Origin: a virus
Strand: one strand, 5' to 3'
IMG/VR virus record: IMGVR_UViG_3300034106_006471
Coordinates: 24,925 to 88,924 of that record
Length of the DNA stretch: 64,000 nt
A program made the translations under genes and the position numbers. Under the pieces are notes generated by a model, which saw only the letters and a program-made list of their open reading frames with translations, did no database searches and had not been told where the DNA came from. Positions 31,399 to 41,067 of the stretch are shown in pieces (position 1 is the stretch's first letter; every line of letters begins with the position of its first letter).

Positions 31399-32136
31399 TT
31401 ATTTCCATTCATTTGAGTATCCAAATACTTCTGCTGGTATTTCAGAAGGATTGGCTTGGTACTTTGATAACATTCTTATTATATCAACAGCTTTGTCATG
31501 AGTCAAACTATAAATATCTTTAGTTTCGATATTATTTGTTTCTAATAATTTATTGATATTAATATTAAGTCTCTGAGATATTACATCCATAAAATTAAGT
31601 TGATTATTGGTAATTTTATTTACCGTATTAGCATCTGGATGATCGTCGATCTCACTAGCCATTTCTTCAGCGGCGACTACTTTTCTAAGTCTTAAAGCTC
31701 TTCGCAAAGCTCTGCCTTCTGCTCTTGTTTCGGCCACCGCAACGGGATGATTTCTATAGATTTTATCGCAGTTACCCCAATAAACGTCTGCGGAGCCATC
31801 TACAGTATAGATATTTAAATCATTGGTATCTGACCCCTCAGACTTTAAACCATATGACAATGAATGTATAACCGTTGCTCTTTTTTCGTTATCTGGACTA
31901 GGAGATTGTACAACATTAGATGTTGATGATATTAATTTACAGTTTAGTACAACCTCAAAAATTCTTCTCAACCCATCTGTTGTTGGATTTCCTTTAATTC
32001 TTTCATCTTCTGATAATAAGCTTAAAACATAGTCGGTCCACTCTAAATCATGAATAGTTGGTACAGATTGAATTTGGTCACTTTCTGTCTCTATATTTGT
32101 TTTGACAACAATTTCTTCTTTTTTGGGTCTTGGCAT
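31399..32136 (-). CDS. putative Rad52/Sak-like single-strand annealing protein
   Basis: RATVIH...DGSADV...HPVAVAETRAEGRALRRAL motif plus C-terminal 'KITNNQLNFM' helical module resemble Rad52-fold phage annealases. Confidence 0.45.
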   Translation of the reverse strand: MPRPKKEEIVVKTNIETESDQIQSVPTIHDLEWTDYVLSLLSEDERIKGNPTTDGLRRIFEVVLNCKLISSTSNVVQSPSPDNEKRATVIHSLSYGLKSEGSDTNDLNIYTVDGSADVYWGNCDKIYRNHPVAVAETRAEGRALRRALRLRKVVAAEEMASEIDDHPDANTVNKITNNQLNFMDVISQRLNININKLLETNNIETKDIYSLTHDKAVDIIRMLSKYQANPSEIPAEVFGYSNEWK

Positions 32137-32138
32137 AA

Positions 32139-32942
32139 TCAAAAATCCTTAATAGTAATTTTAAAATCGGTAGTTTTATCGTCTTGTAAAGTACGAATAC
32201 TGTGTAATAATTTTGAATAAATCAAAGATGCTCTAGTGTTAGAAAAATCTTTCTCTTGCTTAATCCTTATCAATTTCCAACCTTTTCCTAATATCAACCC
32301 CTCCTTTTTTGCATCATATTTTTTATTTCTTTTTAGAGATTCAGAACCCCAAACCGGTTCGAAATGACTAGGACCATCAACTTCTATGGCTATATTAGAT
32401 TCTGGTAAAAAAAGATCAATCTGTAATTTTGTATTGAGTAGTGTTTGTTCTTTATGGAATTGAACTTTGATATTATCTTTTATTAAAGCATTTAGTAAAT
32501 ATTTTTCTAATTTGGAACCAGTTTTGCTACTAGCTCTTACAGCATCGTTGGCTTTTTTCAAAATCAATTCTTGATCATCAGGATTCATAGATTCCCATCT
32601 TTCCCTACTTTGATTTTTTCTTTTTTCTAGTTCGTCGTCAGACATATTGTCCCATGATTTCATAACGGAATTACCTATCTTATCCTTAACGCTTTGCGGT
32701 CTAGATTTTCCTTTGGTTGGGTGTTTATGAGATCCTGTTTGTATAGCATTTTTTTGAGCTTCGCTTTTGTCTCTAATTTTTATACCAAATTTCGTAGCAT
32801 CTCTTCTAAGCTTATTGGAATATGTATTATATTTTTCTGCTATACTAGCAAAACTTAATTTATTGATTATATATAATTTCTCTAGTAATTTTTTTTTGTC
32901 TATATCAGATAGATTATTGTACGAATTTACTGAACTGCTCAT
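32139..32942 (-). CDS. Vsr/DUF559-type PD-(D/E)XK endonuclease with N-terminal HTH/NUMOD3-like DNA-binding region (homing-endonuclease-like)
   Basis: LQIDLFLPESNIAIEVDGPSHF...YDAKKEGLILGKGWKLIRI; KGKSRPQSVKDKIGNS basic repeat. Start moved to MSSSV (ORF track 32999). Confidence 0.7.
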   Translation of the reverse strand: MSSSVNSYNNLSDIDKKKLLEKLYIINKLSFASIAEKYNTYSNKLRRDATKFGIKIRDKSEAQKNAIQTGSHKHPTKGKSRPQSVKDKIGNSVMKSWDNMSDDELEKRKNQSRERWESMNPDDQELILKKANDAVRASSKTGSKLEKYLLNALIKDNIKVQFHKEQTLLNTKLQIDLFLPESNIAIEVDGPSHFEPVWGSESLKRNKKYDAKKEGLILGKGWKLIRIKQEKDFSNTRASLIYSKLLHSIRTLQDDKTTDFKITIKDF

Positions 32943-33369
32943 AATTAATATCCTCACATATGCCGATAGAATTATTCCATACCATATTATATATCTCATG
33001 CAGATAAGTGCTGTTTGCGATCACTTTTAATTTATCGTGTTTCATGATATTTTTCCAGTCAGAATAGTGACTATATGATATTTGCCACGGTATATTTTGA
33101 GCATAGAAATATAGATTTTTACATTTTATAGATCCTTCTGCTATTAATAGTGACTGTATATCAAATACGACTAAAGAACCATCAAAATATTTTGAATGAC
33201 TAAGTGGTAATATTGGTATATTTTTTGTATCTATTTTTTCTGAATATTGATTAAATAGTACTATATGTTGTTTGGGATGATTTTTAATATAAGAACCCAA
33301 AGTATCGCATAATTTTTCATGGAGCTGTATGTTCTCTAGTGTAATTGCAAAAAATCCAAGATCATTCAT
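32914..33369 (-). CDS. hypothetical protein, glycosyltransferase N-lobe-like fragment
   Basis: 151 aa; LYFYAQNIPW...KVIANSTYLHEIYNMVW resembles GT-B N-terminal lobe segments. Last of the sugar-enzyme cluster. Confidence 0.4.
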   Translation of the reverse strand: MNDLGFFAITLENIQLHEKLCDTLGSYIKNHPKQHIVLFNQYSEKIDTKNIPILPLSHSKYFDGSLVVFDIQSLLIAEGSIKCKNLYFYAQNIPWQISYSHYSDWKNIMKHDKLKVIANSTYLHEIYNMVWNNSIGICEDINYEQFSKFVQ

Positions 33370-34091
33370 ATAAATAATTCCTTTAAAAAGCTAGCATAAT
33401 CTATAATCTCTTCTGAGATCTTTTTATTGATATTGGTATTATAATTTTTTATTTGATCCTGAATACTTTCTTTCGAATCTATATTTAGACACTTACAGCC
33501 AGCTATGACAGCTTCTCCTAAGTAGCTAGAATTATCCCCATGCAAATAATACTCTGATTCGTATAATATATCTTTTTTATCATACTCATTGACAAAACCC
33601 AGATTCAAAGGGTGTTCGAAATCAATACTGTTAAAAATTTTAATAGGTAAATTAGTTTTTGGATATAAAAGCTCGCTGATTTTATTTAAAGTTTCAGTAT
33701 CTTTTTCATAAAAATATACAATTTGATTAGCTTTATTTAAATTAGATTGGGAATATAATTCAGTATTAATTAAATATTTAGGCAATTCAATATATTTGAC
33801 GAAAGTATTCTGTAAAATATCTTTATTAAATAAGCTATCTATTAGAATATAAATCGGTAATCTGTTTCCTATGAAACTAATAAAATTATTAATTTCTTCA
33901 TTTATTATAGAAGAATTAAAAATAAAAATAGAGTTATTAGTTATATCATTACTATAGACATATTTATATATGCTATAATTATTTGGAATAATTTTTATAT
34001 CAAAATGTCTAGATTTTAATATTTCTAAATTTTGATTAAATTTATTACTGAGAAGATACAGATTTATATTTTTTATAATATTTTTTTGCAT
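33366..34091 (-). CDS. glycosyltransferase-like protein (GT-B C-lobe remnant)
   Basis: NLGFVNEYDKKDILYESEYYL....YLGEAVIAGCKCL resembles the GT-B 'EA.A.G' motif. Confidence 0.45.
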   Translation of the reverse strand: MQKNIIKNINLYLLSNKFNQNLEILKSRHFDIKIIPNNYSIYKYVYSNDITNNSIFIFNSSIINEEINNFISFIGNRLPIYILIDSLFNKDILQNTFVKYIELPKYLINTELYSQSNLNKANQIVYFYEKDTETLNKISELLYPKTNLPIKIFNSIDFEHPLNLGFVNEYDKKDILYESEYYLHGDNSSYLGEAVIAGCKCLNIDSKESIQDQIKNYNTNINKKISEEIIDYASFLKELFI

Positions 34092-34758
34092 ATGCTAAAT
34101 CTTTTAAAGAATTAATTTTTATGGGACACATATCTTGAGATTGTAGTTGAATAAATTGTAATTTATCATTCGCTGACTTTATATGATTAATTAATTCAAA
34201 TAAAAATAACTTTGATAAAGATTGTATATTTTTTGCCTCACATAAGAAATTAGTATCTTGCTTTTCTAAAAAAAGCAGCTCAACCCACTTATAGTAAAGA
34301 TCATAAAATAAATATCCATCTTTCTCTATATTATTACTACCAATATCAAAATAGTTTCTACGATTTTTATTATCTATAAAATATGTACAAGAATGATTTT
34401 GTAGTTTAATTTTCTCGAAAAGCAATAACCCATTAGTTAATACTAAGGTATTGTTAGGATTAAATTCTTTAAGACACTTGATCAATGATCCTGCTTGATT
34501 ATCATTAGTATAATTATCATTACAATAATATTGTATATTTTTATATTTTTTAGTTTTTTGTGTAATTTTTTCATGATCAAAACCAGTACATAAAATAATC
34601 TCTATAGGATTATAATTTTTTTTTAGATATTGAATCTGATGATCTATGACTGTTATATTATCCTCAATAGGCAACAAGCTTTTGGATCCAATAGATTTCA
34701 TACCCTTTGTTATTTCTGATACTAATATTATGGCTGTTTCTGGTTTAGTATATTTCAT
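34045..34758 (-). CDS. sugar-nucleotidyltransferase-like (NTP_transferase/LicC fold), degenerate motifs
   Basis: TAIILVSEITKGMKSIGSKSLL...TVIDHQI...EIILCTGFDHEKI...NDNYTNDNQAGSL...INSLKDL follows the family pattern, but the AAGxGxR motif is altered. Confidence 0.65.
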   Translation of the reverse strand: MKYTKPETAIILVSEITKGMKSIGSKSLLPIEDNITVIDHQIQYLKKNYNPIEIILCTGFDHEKITQKTKKYKNIQYYCNDNYTNDNQAGSLIKCLKEFNPNNTLVLTNGLLLFEKIKLQNHSCTYFIDNKNRRNYFDIGSNNIEKDGYLFYDLYYKWVELLFLEKQDTNFLCEAKNIQSLSKLFLFELINHIKSANDKLQFIQLQSQDMCPIKINSLKDLAYAKKYYKKYKSVSSQ

Positions 34759-35503
34759 ATGGCTGTAAATTAATATCCTTCATTATTTTTATTCCATTTA
34801 GTATATTATTAGATACTACGCTAGTTAAATACTTATATAATCCACAATTAAGACATAAGCCATGTAAACTATCGTCATTTATAAATCCTAAATTTGTAGA
34901 CTGCTGAATGATAATTTTTTGATGCAGATAGTCTGTGATGTTTGTTAAATTTAGTGTTGGGTTATTATTTTGTCTTTTAGATCCATCATAAAATAAAACG
35001 CACCATGAATCACAAGTAGATAAATTAGTATCTAAAATAATATTTATACAGTCGTTAAAAGATATAGAGTTAATATATACATGTATAGTCCATTTTTCGC
35101 ACGAAATATTTTTTCTTAATAATTGATAAAAGTTTTCTGATCTGTTGGGATCTATGATAATTGAGAGTTTTTTGGGCTTGATGTTAGAATTGTTAATATC
35201 GTCTATGATGGATGGAAGTTCGGAATCTTTGGCTTCTCTAGCGTCAATTAGCAAATAGTATTTTAGATTAGCTTTCTTTCTAACTAGTTCTGATATCTCT
35301 ATAGATTCTAAATCTTGAATATTAGCATTATATTGATTTTTACTGAATCCATATAAACAATTGTAATTATTAATTATGTTATAGTTATTATTAACAATTA
35401 TTTCCTTATGTTGTTTTATTTGATTAGGAATATCAAAATAACAATTTGGTTCTTCTGATACTGGTTGACTGAAAATACATTTATTGCAGTTAGTCTGTGT
35501 CAT
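34745..35503 (-). CDS. hypothetical protein (N-terminal Cys motif CNKCIF)
   Basis: 252-aa ORF coupled within the sugar-enzyme cluster. Confidence 0.5.
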   Translation of the reverse strand: MTQTNCNKCIFSQPVSEEPNCYFDIPNQIKQHKEIIVNNNYNIINNYNCLYGFSKNQYNANIQDLESIEISELVRKKANLKYYLLIDAREAKDSELPSIIDDINNSNIKPKKLSIIIDPNRSENFYQLLRKNISCEKWTIHVYINSISFNDCINIILDTNLSTCDSWCVLFYDGSKRQNNNPTLNLTNITDYLHQKIIIQQSTNLGFINDDSLHGLCLNCGLYKYLTSVVSNNILNGIKIMKDINLQPYEIY

Positions 35504-35504
35504 A

Positions 35505-35921
35505 TTATTTATTTTTAGTTATTGTAATAAAATGTATATATTCTTGATCATAATTAATATCAATTACATCTATGTGATTATTTTTATCTATATATTCCAA
35601 AATATCATCAAGCCCAATATGATTATGAATATTTTTTATATAATCAAAAAAATCTTTATTATTGATCTTTTTAGATAAGAAGTCTGAACATATTTTATTT
35701 AAACTCGCTACCCCAATAATAAGTTGTCCGTTCGGTCTAATTTTATCTATTAAGAGATCCAAGGCTTTTTCAGCATCGTGCTCCTCAAATATATTAAAAT
35801 ATTTACATACTAATAGTTCGCACGAATATGGGAAAATATTATTTATATTTTGTATGTTGATATTTTCTAAAGAATCTATTTTTTGTAAATCGCTACTAAT
35901 TAAATTAATTTTTTGATTCAT
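35505..35921 (-). CDS. truncated SAM-methyltransferase-like protein
   Basis: ALDLLIDKIRPNGQLIIG resembles the MTase 'L....LKPGG.L.I' motif. No glycine-rich motif I visible. Confidence 0.4.
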   Translation of the reverse strand: MNQKINLISSDLQKIDSLENINIQNINNIFPYSCELLVCKYFNIFEEHDAEKALDLLIDKIRPNGQLIIGVASLNKICSDFLSKKINNKDFFDYIKNIHNHIGLDDILEYIDKNNHIDVIDINYDQEYIHFITITKNK

Positions 35922-35930
35922 ATTATCTTT

Positions 35931-36779
35931 CTATTTTAGTATTTCGTCTATGATTTGCTTTATAGAATTATTAAATTTATCAAATGGATATTTATTAGTA
36001 ATAGAATCATGGTTAGCTATGAATGTTTCTTTAGTTAGATTTGGTACTATACTATCCAGTAACCCTAACAACTCCGTACTACTACTTACGACATAGTGAT
36101 TAGCAATATCAGCTTGGTGTTTGGATGATATTGTTATGCATCCTTTTGATGCTGCTAACAATGTATTATATTCAGAATAAAAGTTAATACATATCTTATA
36201 ATTGATTAATTGATTAGTAATATAATTATTATTATTTTTAGCTACTAATATATCGGCATCTGGATATTTTTGTTTTATCTGAGAGAAAATAATATTATCA
36301 AAATTCTTTTCTTCTGCAATAAATAAAATAGATTTATTTTTATTAGTTATAGTATCAGAATTAATTTGTTTAAAACCATAAGATATATCATAAATATTTG
36401 AGATTATATTTTTTAGCGATGGAATAAAACTATATTTTTTGTAATTTTTAATTTTGGTATTGAATAAATAGAGGTCCTCTTTTTTCATAGTTACTATAGA
36501 TTCATCATGAAAAAATAACACCTTTGGAATATAATGCAAAAATTTATTTTGTATTTGGGAATATTCTACTGGATTATTAATAAAATATAAATTCGGATAA
36601 ATAGGAACATCATCACCTATGCTATCAGATATAAAATTAAATAAATTATCGGTAATACTATTCAACGAATCAGTGTACCAATCTCCAGATTGGGTATAGT
36701 AAATATTAATAGGAGCAAGGCTATTCTTATATAATAAGTCTCTATACAATCTTGAGATTTGCTTATTCTTTATTTGCAT
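35931..36779 (-). CDS. glycosyltransferase-like protein (degenerate)
   Basis: YKICINF..EYNTLLAASKGCITIS...KYPFDKFNNSIKQII resembles a GT4 C-lobe lacking the catalytic Glu. Confidence 0.4.
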   Translation of the reverse strand: MQIKNKQISRLYRDLLYKNSLAPINIYYTQSGDWYTDSLNSITDNLFNFISDSIGDDVPIYPNLYFINNPVEYSQIQNKFLHYIPKVLFFHDESIVTMKKEDLYLFNTKIKNYKKYSFIPSLKNIISNIYDISYGFKQINSDTITNKNKSILFIAEEKNFDNIIFSQIKQKYPDADILVAKNNNNYITNQLINYKICINFYSEYNTLLAASKGCITISSKHQADIANHYVVSSSTELLGLLDSIVPNLTKETFIANHDSITNKYPFDKFNNSIKQIIDEILK

Positions 36780-37771
36780 AATAAACTATCTAATGTTGGA
36801 GTATTGTCATTATTGCGAATTGGTCTAGTATTAATACTACTGCTCATTTTTTCTGATAAATCAGATATATTTATTCCAGAATATATATTGTCTATATCCC
36901 AGATGTTATCTTCTACATTAAGATCTTGATTGATATCCATATTATCATTAGATATAATGCTATTATTATATAATTTTGGAAGATCAGAATTTAGGCCATA
37001 ATTGGTAAATCTTCTAAAATCTAGACAACAATCAAATGCTTCGTGAACACCAAGAATCTCAGACTCGAAACAATTAATAACCAAAGGCTTTATATAATTA
37101 TTCATATAATATAATTTAGTACTTTGTTGTAGCAAACTTATGTGTTTATTGATTTCCTGTACTATGTTTTTATCATAACAAACCATAAAAAGCATTGATA
37201 AATTAATTTTCTTTTTTAACAGAATAAATGCTGAGATGTACCTCTTAATATCCTGTATATTTTCTTTGCTAATAAATGTATAAAATTTATATTTTTTATT
37301 TTTTATTAACTTCTCCGGTTTGGTTGCATCTGTTATAGTTTCAGAATATCTAAAAGATTTAATGTTTTTACTATTTAAGTTTGTATTATTTTTAATAAAA
37401 GTGCTATCGTACTGACTGTCAAATAAAATCATATTAAAAGTTTTAAGCACTCTACTGTATGTAGTATTCATATAATTATTTTTTATATATGGAATAATTG
37501 GAATACAATAGTTTTTATTAGATACTAAGTTAAAAGGTATGATATAATCGATAGGGGCGTATTGAACAATAAAATCATATTTTTTTCTTAAAAAGATTTT
37601 TTGTTCTAGATCTAATAATTCTTGATCAATTTCGGGTATTGTGACATTATCAGATAAAAAAATAGGTCTAATAGTCAAAGAGCATTTATTTCTAAGAGAA
37701 TAAATATGATTCCTAGAAGATAAACCCAGAATAGATTTTTCTCGATACGGACCTATATATAAAGCATTCAT
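36770..37771 (-). CDS. GT4-like glycosyltransferase homologue (degenerate)
   Basis: MNALYIGPYRE...LTIRPIFL...YDFIVQYAP...YKFYTF...IHEAFDCCLD follows the phage GT4 layout. ExxxxxxxE motif not recognisable. Confidence 0.55.
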   Translation of the reverse strand: MNALYIGPYREKSILGLSSRNHIYSLRNKCSLTIRPIFLSDNVTIPEIDQELLDLEQKIFLRKKYDFIVQYAPIDYIIPFNLVSNKNYCIPIIPYIKNNYMNTTYSRVLKTFNMILFDSQYDSTFIKNNTNLNSKNIKSFRYSETITDATKPEKLIKNKKYKFYTFISKENIQDIKRYISAFILLKKKINLSMLFMVCYDKNIVQEINKHISLLQQSTKLYYMNNYIKPLVINCFESEILGVHEAFDCCLDFRRFTNYGLNSDLPKLYNNSIISNDNMDINQDLNVEDNIWDIDNIYSGINISDLSEKMSSSINTRPIRNNDNTPTLDSLLCK

Positions 37772-39435
37772 AAGCTGGCCTTTAATTTGGCATATTGAAT
37801 AAAGTCATCATCAAATGAGATATTATTAGCTCTGACATATTCTATTTGATTATGATTATTAATCATGGTATTTAGATTTCTAATTAATTCTGAATCTCCG
37901 AATGCATCAAAAGATGTTCCAGATTGCGTAAATCCATAGCTGGTATCTCTACACATATCTAAAAATGGTAGTGATTTTATCAAATCAATATTATTCATAT
38001 GATTGCCGCAAATATTGATCATTTCATTAATAACATACTTTGGATTGTCTATCTTTTTATCATAGGAGCGCATTAAATTTGGAGCATCATTCCAAGACTT
38101 TTTGGAGGTAAATAGCCAAGGAGAGGAGTCGAAGAAATTTTCCCATTTATCTGCTATTTTATCCCAAGAATAATGTAATTCTGTTAAGTATCTTATTCTT
38201 TTAGATTTGTTTAATTTTTCAATTTCTGGAAGATGGATATGGTTATGAATTATATCTACTAAACTAGTATTGCTTGGATAAACTCTAATAGCTTTAGTCT
38301 CTAATTCTTTAAAGTACGATCCTATTTCAATAGGATATGCTTCTAGTTTATTAATAATATCAACCATAGCACTATAATTAACTGTTGCTACGGGAATTCC
38401 ACAAGCCCCGGCTTCTATTTGCGGTAATCCAAACCCCTCGCATATAGAATACTGAACATATAAATCAAATAAGTTATATATATCTGATAAAGCTTCATTT
38501 GAAACACCAGCAGAAACGCTGATAAATCTACTAGAAAAACCAAAACACTTATTACATATCTTATTAGGACCAGTATAAAAACATGTTGATACATTATCGC
38601 ATTTATTACACTTATATGTAAAGAGCGTCCTATTGCTCATTCTTGTTTCTTTTAGTAGTTCTGGTATGTCCCATCCAGCATCCGGGTAGCTGGTATGCAG
38701 ATATAAATATATCTTATTCGCAAGAGGAGACTCTTCTTCATAAAGTCTATCTATAAGTTGTCTTACAGATGAAAGTAGTTCCGGTATTAACTTGCGCTTT
38801 TGATTACGCATAACAGAACCTATAATTATTGCATCGTTTGGTATATTGTATTTATTCCTTAATTCTTTTTTATTCTTAGGAATAAAAGTATTTAAATCAA
38901 CACCTGGAGAAACAGTATCAATGTAATTAATCTGATTGTCGCTTTGTTTTTTCAGAACATCTGCCGCCCAATCAGAATACGTAAAAATAGCATCAGCACC
39001 TATAAAGGTTTCTATCCACTGTTCTTGCTGAGGGGCCGAGTCTACTGTAGGCATTAAAACCCAATTAAAAAATGGTCTAACAGCAGAAAAACCTTGATAG
39101 TAACTCATCCAATAATCTCTTATATCGCAATTAACGTGGGGCTTAAAATCTATTATAACTTTATCGAATCTCCAACGACCAAATTGATTATCAGTCCTCG
39201 ACATATACTCTTGATATCGAGGATCATCTGCTCTAACAGCATTGGGGTAGTATTTCCATTTGATTTCGGAATCTCTTGGATCATTTACAAAACCATAACA
39301 CGCTAGTTCTGCTATGTCATATTTGTTTAATGAATGTAGTCTAGTAAGTAGTTCTCTGGTATAATTTCCAAAACCAGAATTTATAAAACTAGCTTCTGAA
39401 GTAAATAAGATTTTGAGTTTAGTTGATTGCGACAT
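37768..39435 (-). CDS. GT4 family glycosyltransferase with zinc-ribbon insertion
   Basis: KILFTSEASFINSGFGNYTRELL; IGSVMRNQKRK; YNLFDLYVQYSICEGFGLPQIEAGACGIPV (intact ExxxxxxxE); CNKC..CNKC insert. Start set at MSQST because the longer ORF begins inside a terminator hairpin. Confidence 0.9.
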   Translation of the reverse strand: MSQSTKLKILFTSEASFINSGFGNYTRELLTRLHSLNKYDIAELACYGFVNDPRDSEIKWKYYPNAVRADDPRYQEYMSRTDNQFGRWRFDKVIIDFKPHVNCDIRDYWMSYYQGFSAVRPFFNWVLMPTVDSAPQQEQWIETFIGADAIFTYSDWAADVLKKQSDNQINYIDTVSPGVDLNTFIPKNKKELRNKYNIPNDAIIIGSVMRNQKRKLIPELLSSVRQLIDRLYEEESPLANKIYLYLHTSYPDAGWDIPELLKETRMSNRTLFTYKCNKCDNVSTCFYTGPNKICNKCFGFSSRFISVSAGVSNEALSDIYNLFDLYVQYSICEGFGLPQIEAGACGIPVATVNYSAMVDIINKLEAYPIEIGSYFKELETKAIRVYPSNTSLVDIIHNHIHLPEIEKLNKSKRIRYLTELHYSWDKIADKWENFFDSSPWLFTSKKSWNDAPNLMRSYDKKIDNPKYVINEMINICGNHMNNIDLIKSLPFLDMCRDTSYGFTQSGTSFDAFGDSELIRNLNTMINNHNQIEYVRANNISFDDDFIQYAKLKASL

Positions 39436-39439
39436 ATTT

Positions 39440-39468
39440 AAAAAAAATGGGGGGTATTTCACCCCCAT
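39440..39468 (-). terminator. rho-independent terminator after ssb
   Basis: Minus strand ATGGGGGT-GAAAT-ACCCCCCAT followed by a T-run: GC stem, short loop, U-tract. Confidence 0.8.
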
Positions 39469-39500
39469 CTATTTAGGCCCTTATGACAGATTAAGCCGGA

Positions 39501-39875
39501 TCAGAAAGCAACAGTCTCTGTACTTTCGGTTTTATTGGTCTTGGAGAGCTTAGTAATCTTAGAAAAATTATTAACTCTTACCTTTAAACTACTATGCTTA
39601 ACACCATCTTTTTCCCAGCTATCGTTCCTTAGAGATCCTTCTATCATTACTAAATCACCCTTTTTAAAAGAAGAACCAATAACCTCAGCACCTGTATCCC
39701 AAGCTTCGCAATTAATAAAAGAAGTAATCTTATCTTTTTCTCCGTTAGCCTTTGTATACTCCCTTGACGTAGCAACAGTAAAGTTTACTACCGAAGTTTG
39801 CTTGCCATTACTATTAATGACTCTAACTTCTGGATCACGAGCAAGATTACCCTTAATCAATGTAATATTCATCAT
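39501..39875 (-). CDS. ssb: single-stranded DNA-binding protein
   Basis: MNITLIKGNLARDPEVR...VVNFTVATSR...FINCEAW...KKGDLVMIEGSLRNDSWEKDG; SD AAGGAG before ATG at 39875. Confidence 0.95.
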   Translation of the reverse strand: MMNITLIKGNLARDPEVRVINSNGKQTSVVNFTVATSREYTKANGEKDKITSFINCEAWDTGAEVIGSSFKKGDLVMIEGSLRNDSWEKDGVKHSSLKVRVNNFSKITKLSKTNKTESTETVAF

Positions 39876-39916
39876 ACAAATCTCCTTAAGTTCAAATTTA
39901 ATATCCAACCACCGAC

Positions 39917-39946
39917 TTATAATAGTTTGAGGAGGCCAAGAGTCAA
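39917..39946 (-). promoter_or_regulatory. sigma70-like promoter for ssb
   Basis: TTGACT-N16-TATTATAA on the minus strand; the -35 overlaps the stop codon of the dnaE C-fragment. Confidence 0.6.
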
Positions 39947-41067
39947 GATAAGGGAACAAAACACTTTTCCACTATAAAACCATCCTTGGACTTTGCTCTA
40001 CTTCCAGAAAAAACCAGAATATTTTCTTCAAATAAATGATGTTTATATTTTTGATAGGTTTCAGGAAATAATATAACCGAATCTAAACTACCTGTCTGAT
40101 CCTCTACTGTCAAAAAAGCCATCTCTTGACCAGGAGTTTTTCCGGTTTTAGTTTTGATAGCATTAATATAAGTTATTTCGCCAGCAAGTAAGATTTTTTG
40201 ATTAATATTAGAATGTTTAAAATCTCTACATGTACTATTGGTCATACTAATATCATAAGAGTCTAATTTAGAACAAGATATAGCAGTTCCCAGGTACGCC
40301 GCTTCGTTATCTGCTAACCATTCCACCTTATCTATTAAAGAATACGGTGGACTAATATATGTCTGTAAAAGATCTTGTATAATAAGTTTTCTATTTTTAT
40401 TTACTTTTGTATGATTAATTAATAAATTTAAACAATCCTTGAGCGTAGTTTTATTACTAATTAATATTGGTTTTAAATAATCAATTTCTTTGGTGGTTAA
40501 AGAGGATGATATTTCAAAATCAAATAATATTTCTGTTCTATTTTTGCCAAAATAGTCTATAGCTCCGCAACTAATAATTGCTTTAGATGAAGAAGAATTT
40601 ATTTTATGTAAAACCCCAAATAGCATTTGTAAATAATTCATTTTTGAAATACTATTATTAGTGTTTAATTCTAATAATTTATTATAAACACTTACTCCTA
40701 AGCCCTTAATATCTGTTAATCCAAAATATATTTTATTATTTTTGATTTCAAAAAGCTTATTCATTAATCTTAAATCAGGTAAACATATACTAATATCCAT
40801 CTCATTAGCATTTTTTACCAATTGTTTTATTTCTTGCTGAGGATCGACTTTGTCTTTAGCAAATCTAAGATAAGAGCAAAAAAAGGCTTGAGGAAAATGG
40901 GCTTTAGTATATGCAGATAAGTAGGCATTCATAGCATAGCTAACGCCATGAGAGTTAGAGGTGGCTATTCCATTACCAAAGAATAAATGCTGATTAGACT
41001 TAACTTCAATATCTACTGTTGGTTTTATTCCAACTTTCTCGATTTTTGTAATTTTTCTCGCTATCAC
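39943..41067 (-). CDS. dnaE: DNA polymerase III alpha, C-terminal fragment preceded by split-intein C-part
   Basis: GTG start; 38-aa IntC ending ...HLFFGNGIATSN, then extein SHGVSYAMNAYLSAYTKAHFP; IYFGLTDIKGLG (HhH); OB fold EMAFLTVEDQTGSLDSVILFPETY. Confidence 0.92.
   Translation of the reverse strand: MIARKITKIEKVGIKPTVDIEVKSNQHLFFGNGIATSNSHGVSYAMNAYLSAYTKAHFPQAFFCSYLRFAKDKVDPQQEIKQLVKNANEMDISICLPDLRLMNKLFEIKNNKIYFGLTDIKGLGVSVYNKLLELNTNNSISKMNYLQMLFGVLHKINSSSSKAIISCGAIDYFGKNRTEILFDFEISSSLTTKEIDYLKPILISNKTTLKDCLNLLINHTKVNKNRKLIIQDLLQTYISPPYSLIDKVEWLADNEAAYLGTAISCSKLDSYDISMTNSTCRDFKHSNINQKILLAGEITYINAIKTKTGKTPGQEMAFLTVEDQTGSLDSVILFPETYQKYKHHLFEENILVFSGSRAKSKDGFIVEKCFVPLS
40954..41067 (-). 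other. split intein C-fragment (IntC)
   Basis: MIARKITKIEKVGIKPTVDIEVKSNQHLFFGNGIATSN|S: block F (VDIEV..HLFF.NG) and terminal Asn followed by Ser+1. Confidence 0.9.
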
